In this document: positions 56,174 through 64,000 of the stretch, one piece after another
Numbering within the stretch: position 1 is the stretch's first letter
Layout of the letters: each line of letters begins with the position of its first letter
Assembly (NCBI RefSeq): GCF_009914755.1
Contig: NC_060948.1
DNA length: 64,000 bases
Source: the human T2T-CHM13v2.0 reference genome, Homo sapiens
Strand: one strand, 5' to 3'
Program-made: the position numbers and the translations under genes
The notes under the pieces: generated by a model
Seen by the model: the letters and a program-made list of their open reading frames with translations, nothing else
What the model was told of the DNA's origin: nothing
Databases searched by the model: none

Positions 56174-59100
56174 ATGGAATCAAATCAATGGAATCAAATC
56201 AAATGGAATGGAAAGGAATTGAATGGAGTAGATTGGATTGGATGGGATTGGAATGAAATGTACTGGAAAGGACTCGAATTTCATGAAACGGAATGGAATG
56301 AATTGGAACGGAACGGACTCGAATGGAATGGAATGTCATGGAATGGCATCAAATGGAATGGCATCAAATGGAATGGAATCGAATGCAATGGAATGCTATG
56401 GAATGGAATGGAATGCATTGGAATGGAATGTCCTCTAATGGAATGGATTCGAGTGGAATGGAATCGAATATAATGGAGTCGAATGAAATGGAATTGAAAG
56501 GAATGGGATCGAATACAATGGAATATACTGGAATGTAAGGTAATGAACTCGAATGTAATTGACTGGAATGGAATGTACATGAATGGAATGTAATCGAATG
56601 GAAAGTATATCCAATGGAATAGAATCTAATGCAATAAAATCGACTCAGATAGAGTAGAATGTAATGGAATGGAGTGCAGTGCAATGGAATGGAATGGAAT
56701 GGAATGCAATGGAATGGAATGGAATGGAATGGAATGGAATGGAATGGAATGGAATGGAATGGTGTGGAATGGATAGTAATGGACTGGAGTGAAATGGACT
56801 GGAAAGGAATGGACTCAAATTGAAAGGGCTCGAAAGGAATGGAGTCAAATGGAATGGTCTGGAATGGAATGAACACGAATGTAATGCAATCCAATAGAAT
56901 GGAATCGAATGGCATGGAATATAAAGAAATGGAATCGAAGAGAATGGAAACAAATGGAATGGAATTGAGTGGAATGGAATTGAATGGAATGGGAACGAAT
57001 GGAGTGAAATTGTATGCAGTAGAAGAGAATAGAATGGAATGCAAGCGAAAGGAAAGGAATGGATTGGAATGGAATGGAATTCATTGGAATGGAAGGGAAT
57101 GTAGTGTAATGGACAGGCCTGGAATAAAGTGGAATGCTACGGTCTCGAATGGAATAAAAATGTATGGAATGGAATGCAATGAAACGGAATCGAATGTCAT
57201 AGAATGTAATGGAATGCAAAAAAATGGAATCCAAAATCATTGACTGGAAAGGCTGGGTGTCGAAAGGAATTGACTCCAATGGAATGGAATCGAATTTAAT
57301 GGAAGTGAATAGAATCGAACTAAATCGAATGGAATGGAATTGATAGGAACGGAATGGAAAGGAATGCAATGATTTGGCATGGAATGGAATCGAATGGCAT
57401 CGAATGGAATGGAATGGAATGCAATGGATTGGAATGTATTAGAATGTAATGAAATTTAATGGAATGTACTCGAATGGATTCGACTGGAATGGAATGTTCT
57501 GGAAGTGAATGGACTCCAATGGAATGGATTCAAAAGGAATGGAATCGTACGGAATGGAATCTAATGGAATGGAATTAAATAGAAATGAATCAAATTGAAT
57601 AGCACGGAATTGAATTGAATGAAATGGAATGCAATGGAATCTAATGAAACGGAAAGGAAAGGAATGGAATGGAATGGAATGGGCTGGAATGGAAAGGAAT
57701 CGAAACGAATGGAATGGAATCGAACTGAAGAGACTGGAATGGAATGCACTGGAATGGAAGGGAGTGTAATGGAAGGTTCTCGAAAAAAATGGAATCGAAT
57801 GGAATGGAATTGAATGGAACGGAATAGAGTCGAATGGAATTGAATGGAATGGAATGGACTAGAGTGAAATGGAATCGAACCACAAGGAATGGACAGGAAT
57901 AGAATGGTCTGGAATTGAATGGAATCGTATGGAATGGCATCAAACGGAATGGAATGGACAGCCACGGAATGGAATGCACTCGAATGCAATGGAGTCGAAA
58001 CTAATGGACTGGAATAGAATGGACTCGACTGGTACGGACTCCAATGGAATGGAATCGAATGGAAGGGAATCGAACTGAATGGACTCGAAGGGAAAAGACT
58101 GCAATGGAAAGGTCTCGAATGGAATGGAAATTAATGGAATGGAATGGAATCGAATGAAATGGAGTCAAAAGTAATGGAATCGAATGGCAAGAAATCGAAT
58201 GTAATGGAATCGCAAGGAATTGATGTGAACGGAACGGAATGGAATGGAATCCAAAGGAATGGAATAGAATGGAATGGAATCGAATGGAAAGGACTCGAAT
58301 GGAAATAACTCGAATAGAATGCAATTTAATAAAATAGGATCAAATGTAATGGAATGGAATGGAAAGGAATCGAAACGAAAGGAATGGAGACAGATGGAAT
58401 GGAATGGAACAGAGAGCAATGGTATAGAATGGAATGGAATCATCTGGAATGGAATTGAATGGAATGGAATAATATGAAATGGAATGGAATGGAATGGAAT
58501 GGAATGCCCTTGAATTAAATGGACTGGAATGGAATGGACTCGAACAGAGTGGAATGGAAAGTGTTGAGATAGAATGGAATGGACTCCTTTGGAATGGTGT
58601 AGTATGCAATGCAATCGACTGGCAGGGAATCAAAAGGAATGTAATCGAATGGATTGGACTGGAATGCAATGGACTCGAATAGATTGCAAACGGAATGCAA
58701 TGGAATGGAATGGAATAGTATGGAATGGAATGGAAAGGAACGGAGTGGAATAGACTAGAGTGGAATGGAATGGACTGGAAAGCAATGGACTGGAATGGAA
58801 CTTTCTTGAATGGACTGGAATCAAACGGAATGGAATGCAATGCAATCAAATGGCATGGAATAAAATAGAATGAAAGAGAATCAAATGGAATTGAATCGAA
58901 TGGAATCGAATGGATTGGAAAGGAATAGAATGGAATGGAATGGAATGGACTCAAATGGAATGGACTAGAATGGAATGGATTCGAATGGAAGGCAAAGGAA
59001 TGGAATCTATTGGAATGGACTGTAATGGAATGGAATGGAAGGGATTGGAATGGACTCGAATGGAATGGACTGCAATAGAAAGGATTCGAATGGAATGAAA

Positions 59101-59738
59101 AAGAATTGAATGGAATAGAACAGAATGGAATCAAATCGAATGAAATGGAATGGAATAGAAAGGAATGGAATGAAATGGAATGGAAAGGATTCGAATGGAA
59201 TGCAATCGAATGGAATGGAATCGAACGGAATGGAATAAAATGGAAGAAAACTGGCAAGAAATGGAATCGAAATGAATGGAGTGTTATGGAACGGACTCAA
59301 AAGGAATTGAATGTAATAGAATGGAGTGGAGTGGACTCGAATATAATGGACTGGAATGGAATGAAATCACATGGAATGGGAACGAATGGAATGGAATGGA
59401 AAGGAATGGAATCGAATGGAAAGGAATCGAATGGAAGGGAATGAAATTGAATCAACAGGAATGGAAGGGAATAGAATAGACGGTAATGGAATGGACTCGA
59501 ATAGAATGGACACGAATGCTCAAATTGAATGGACTCGAATGGAATGGAAACGAAAGGAATGTCATCGAATGGAATTGAATCGATTGGAATGAAATAGCAT
59601 AGAATGGAGTGGAATCAAATGGAATTGAATCGAAAGGAAAGGAAGCGAATGGACTGAAATGAAATGGAATGGAATTGAATGGAAAGTAATGCAATGGAAT
59701 AGAATGGAACGAAATTTCACGGAATGGAATCAAACTGA
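56174..59738 (+). repeat. Unit 17, 3565 bp, right subfamily
   Basis: 1 bp insertion aagtatatcc near 56608; GGGAT interruption converted to GGAAT. Confidence 0.93.
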
Positions 59739-62700
59739 ATGGAATCAAATCAATGGAATCTAATCAAATGGAATGGAAAGGAATTGAATGGAGTAGATTG
59801 GATTGGATGGGATTGGAATGAAATGTACTGGAAAGGACTCGAATTTCATGAAACGGAATGGAATGAATTGGAACGGAATGGACTCGAATGGAATGGAATG
59901 TCATGGAATGGCATCAAATGGAATGGCATCAAATGGAATGGAATCGAATGCAATGGAATGTTATGGAATGGAATGGAATGCATTGGAATGGAATGTCCTC
60001 TAATGGAATGGATTCGAGTGGAATGGAATCGAATATAATGGAGTCGAATGAAATGGAATTGAAGGGAATGGGATCGAATAGAATGGAATATACTGGAATG
60101 TAATGTAATGAACTCGAATGTAATTGACTGGAATGGAATGTACATGAATGGAAGGTAATCGAATGGAAAGTAATCCAATGGAATAGAATCTAATGCAATA
60201 AAACCGACTCAGATAGAGTAGAATGTAATGGAATGGAATGCAGTGCAATGGAATGGAATGGAATTGAATGCAATGGAATGGAATGGAATGGAATGGAATG
60301 GAATGGAATGGAATGGAATGGAATGGGATGGAATGGTATGGAATGGATAGTAATGGACTGGAGTGAAATGGACTGGAAAGGAATGGACTCAAATTGAAAG
60401 GGCTCGAAAGGAATGGAGTCAAATGGAATGGTCTGGAATGGAATGAACACGAATGTAATGCAATCCAATAGAATGGAATCGAATGGCATGGAATATAAAG
60501 AAATGGATTCGAAGAGAATGGAAACAAATGGAATGGAATTGAATGGAATGGAATTGAATGGAATGGGAACGAATGGAGTGAAATTGTATGCAGTAGAAGG
60601 GAATAGAATGGAATGCAAGCGAAAGGAAAGGAATGGATTGGAATGGAATGGAATTCATTGGAATGGAAGGGAATGTAGTGTAATGGACAGGCCTGGAATA
60701 AAGTGGAATGCTACGGTCTCGAATGGAATAAAAATGTATGGAATGGAATGCAATGAAACGGAATCGAATGTCATAGAATGTAATGGAATGCAAAAAAATG
60801 GAATCCAAAATCATTGACTGGAAAGGCTGGGTGTCGAAAGGAATTGACTCCAATGGAATGGAATCGAATGGAATGGAAGTGAATAGAATCGAACTAAATC
60901 GAATGGAATGGAATTGATAGGAACGGAATGGAAAGGAATGCAATGATTTGGCATGGAATGGAATCGAATGGCATCGAATGGAATGGAATGGAATGTATTA
61001 GAATGTAATGAACTTTAATGGAATATACTCGAATGGATTCGACTGGAATGGAATGTTCTGGAAGTGAATGGACTCCAATGGAATGGATTCAAAAGGAATG
61101 GAATCGTACGGAATGGAATCTAATGGAATGGAATTAAATGGAAATGAATCAAATTGAATAGCACGGAATTGAATTGAATGGAATGGAATGCAATGGAATC
61201 TAATGAAACGGAAAGGAAAGGAATGGAATGGAATGGAATGGGCTGGAATGGAAAGGAATCGAAACGAATGGAATGGAATCGAACTGAAGAGACTGGAATG
61301 GAATGCACTGGAATGGAAGGGAGTGTAATGGAAGGTTCTCAAGAAAAATGGAATCGAATGGAATGGAATTGAATGGAACGGAATAGAGTCGAATGGAATT
61401 GAATGGAATGGAATGGACTAGAGTGAAATGGAATCGAACCACAAGGAATGGACAGGAATAGAATGGTCTCGAATTGAATGGAATCGTATGGAATGGCATC
61501 AAACGGAATGGAATGGACAGCCACGGAATGGAATGCACTCGAATGCAATGGAGTCGAAACTAATGGACTGGAATAGAATGGACTCGACTGGTACGGACTC
61601 CAATGGAATGGAATCAAATGGAAGGGAATCGAACGGAATGGACTCGAAGGGAAAAGACTGCAATGGAAAGGTCTCGAATGGAATGGAAATTAATGGAATG
61701 GAATGGAATCGAATGAAATGGAGTCAAAAGGAATGGAATCGAATGGCAAGAAATCGAATGTAATGGAATCACAAGGAATTGATGTGAACGGAACGGAATG
61801 GAATGGAATCCAAAGGAATGGAATAGAATGGAATGGAATCGAATGGAAAGGACTCGAATGGAAATCACTCGAATAGAATGCAATTTAATAAAATAGGATC
61901 AAATGTAATGGAATGGAATGGAAAGGAATCGAAACGAAAGGAATGGAGACAGATGGAATGGAATAGAACAGAGAGCAATGGTATAGAATGGAATGGAATC
62001 ATCTGGAATGGAATTGAATGGAATGGAATAATATGAAATGGAATGGAATGGAATGGAATGGAATGCCCTTGAATTAAATGGACTGGAATGGAATGGACTC
62101 GAACAGAGTGGAATGGAAAGTGTTGAGATAGAATGGAATGGACTCCTTTGGAATGGTGTAGTATGCAATGCAATCGACTGGCAGGGAATCAAAAGGAATG
62201 TAATGGAATGGACTGGACTGGAATGCAATGGACTCGAATAGATTGGAAACGGAATGCAAAGGAATGGAATGGAATAGTATGGAATGGAATGGAAAGGAAT
62301 GGAGTGGAATAGACTAGAGTGGAATGGAATGGACTGGAAAGCAATGGACTGGAATGGAACTTTCTTGAATGGACTGAAATCAAACGGAATGGAATGCAAT
62401 GCAATCGAATGGCATGGAATAAAATAGAATGAAAGAGAATCAAATGGAATTGAATCGAATGGAATCGAATGGATTGGAAAGGAATAGAATGGAATTGAAT
62501 GGAATGGACTCAAATGGAATGGACTAGAATGGAATGGATTCGAATGGAAGGCAAAGGAATGGAATCTATTGGAATGGACTGTAATGGAATGGAATGGAAG
62601 GGATTGGAATGGACTCGAATGGAATGGACTGCAATAGAAAGGATTCGAATGGAATGAAAAAGAATTGAATGGAATAGAACAGAATGGAATCAAATCGAAT

Positions 62701-63297
62701 GAAATGGAATGGAATAGAAAGGAATGGAATGAAATGGAATGGAAAGGATTCGAATGGAATGCAATCGAATGGAATGGAATCGAACGGAATGGAATAAAAT
62801 GGAAGAAAACTGGCAAGAAATGGAATCGAAATGAATGGAGTGTTATGGAACGGACTCAAAAGGAATTGAATGTAATAGAATGGAGTGGAGTGGACTCGAA
62901 TATAATGGACTGGAATGGAATGAAATCACATGGAATGGGAACGAATGGAATGGAATGGAAAGGAATGGAATCGAATGGAAAGGAATCGAATGGAAGGGAA
63001 TGAAATTGAATCAACAGGAATGGAAGGGAATAGAATAGACGGTAATGGAATGGACTCGAATAGAATGGACACGAATGCTCAAATTGAATGGACTCGAATG
63101 GAATGGAAACGAAAGGAATGTCATCGAATGGAATTGAATCGATTGGAATGAAATCGCATAGAATGGAGTGGAATCAAATGGAATTGAATCGAAAGGAAAG
63201 GAAGCGAATGGACTGAAATGAAATGGAATGGAATTGAATGGAAAGTAATGCAATGGAATAGAATGGAACGAAATTTCACGGAATGGAATCAAACTGA
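59739..63297 (+). repeat. Unit 18, 3559 bp, right subfamily
   Basis: Tract of 10 GGAAT plus a 15 bp deletion near 60990. Confidence 0.93.
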
Positions 63298-64000
63298 ATG
63301 GAATCAAATCAATGGAATCAAATCAAATGGAATGGAAAGGAATTGAATGGAGTAGATTGGATTGGACGGGATTGGAATGAAATGTACTGGAAAGGACTCG
63401 AATTTCATGAAACGGAATGGAATGAATTGGAACGGAATGGACTCGAATGGAATGGAATGTCATGGAATGGCATCAAATGGAATGGCATCAAATGGAATGG
63501 AATCGAATGCAATGGAATGCTATGGAATGGAATGGAATGCATTGGAATGGAATGTCCTCTAATGGAATGGATTCGAGTGGAATGGAATCGAATATAATGG
63601 AGTCGAATGAAATGGAATTGAAAGGAATGGGATCGAATACAATGGAATATACTGGAATGTAATGTAATGAACTCGAATGTAATTGACTGGAATGGAATGT
63701 ACATGAATGGAATGTAATCGAATGGAAAGTAATCCAATGGAATAGAATCTAATGCAATAAAATCGACTCAGATAGAGTAGAATGTAATGGAATGGAGTGC
63801 AGTGCAATGGAATGGAATGGAATGGAATGCAATTGAATGGAATGGAATGGAATGGAATGGAATGGAATGGAATGGAATGGAATGGGATGGAATGGTATGG
63901 AATGGATAGTAATGGACTGGAGTGAAATGGACTGGAAAGGAATGGACTCAAATTGAAAGGGCTCGAAAGGAATGGAGTCAAATGGAATGGTCTGGAATGG
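63298..64000 (+). repeat. Unit 19, partial (runs off the window)
   Basis: Anchor at 63298; right-type markers. Confidence 0.93.

Larger units (their letters stand above)
1..64000 (+). repeat. DYZ1: Human satellite III array, DYZ1-type (Yq12 heterochromatin), (GGAAT)n with ~3.56 kb higher-order unit
   Basis: Continuous GGAAT/CGAAT/GGACT pentamers on the + strand. Unit spacing is 3554-3598 bp, including two units of exactly 3564 bp, the classical DYZ1 length. Each complete unit has one EcoRI site (e.g. 3538-3543) and one HaeIII site (e.g. 3577-3580). Satellite III identity is direct; the DYZ1/chrY assignment rests on recalled unit length and restriction pattern. Confidence 0.93.

Noticed and set aside
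17-63981. Hundreds of ORFs (MEWNG- and FHSIP-rich, up to 305 aa)
   Set aside because: GGAAT repeats lack stops and translate as MEWNG/FHSIP cycles. The ORFs overlap in several frames, recur per unit, are broken by unit indels and show no recognisable domain.
1-64000. CRISPR-like or prokaryotic defence array
   Set aside because: No constant repeat with unique spacers and no cas-like ORFs; the sequence is a eukaryotic satellite.
1-64000. Interspersed DYZ2 block, Alu/L1 insertion or strand inversion
   Set aside because: No AT-rich/Alu-containing segment, poly-A tail or switch to CATTC on the + strand seen.

Overview
The whole 64 kb window is one uninterrupted, single-orientation array of diverged (GGAAT)n pentamers (human satellite III). 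It is organised into a ~3.55-3.60 kb higher-order unit with one GAATTC (EcoRI) and one GGCC (HaeIII) site per complete unit, which matches the Y-chromosome Yq12 heterochromatin satellite DYZ1. Anchoring on ATGGAATCAAATCAATGG gives 19 unit starts: 17, 2636, 6200, 9778, 13357, 16925, 20504, 24076, 27644, 31217, 34815, 38389, 41943, 45497, 49051, 52610, 56174, 59739, 63298. I see no genes, RNA genes, transposons, DYZ2 blocks or inversions; all ORFs are translation artefacts of the pentamer. The interest lies in the array's internal structure: a 960 bp microhomology deletion, an A/B dimer with a 7147 bp period, a left/right subfamily boundary that was itself duplicated (3598 bp), a length-neutral 15 bp deletion/duplication, fixed register shifts with a phase-restoring indel, and three perfect heat-shock-element (nGAAnnTTCnnGAAn) motifs per unit. 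All comparisons were made by eye plus ORF-coordinate arithmetic, not by computed alignment.
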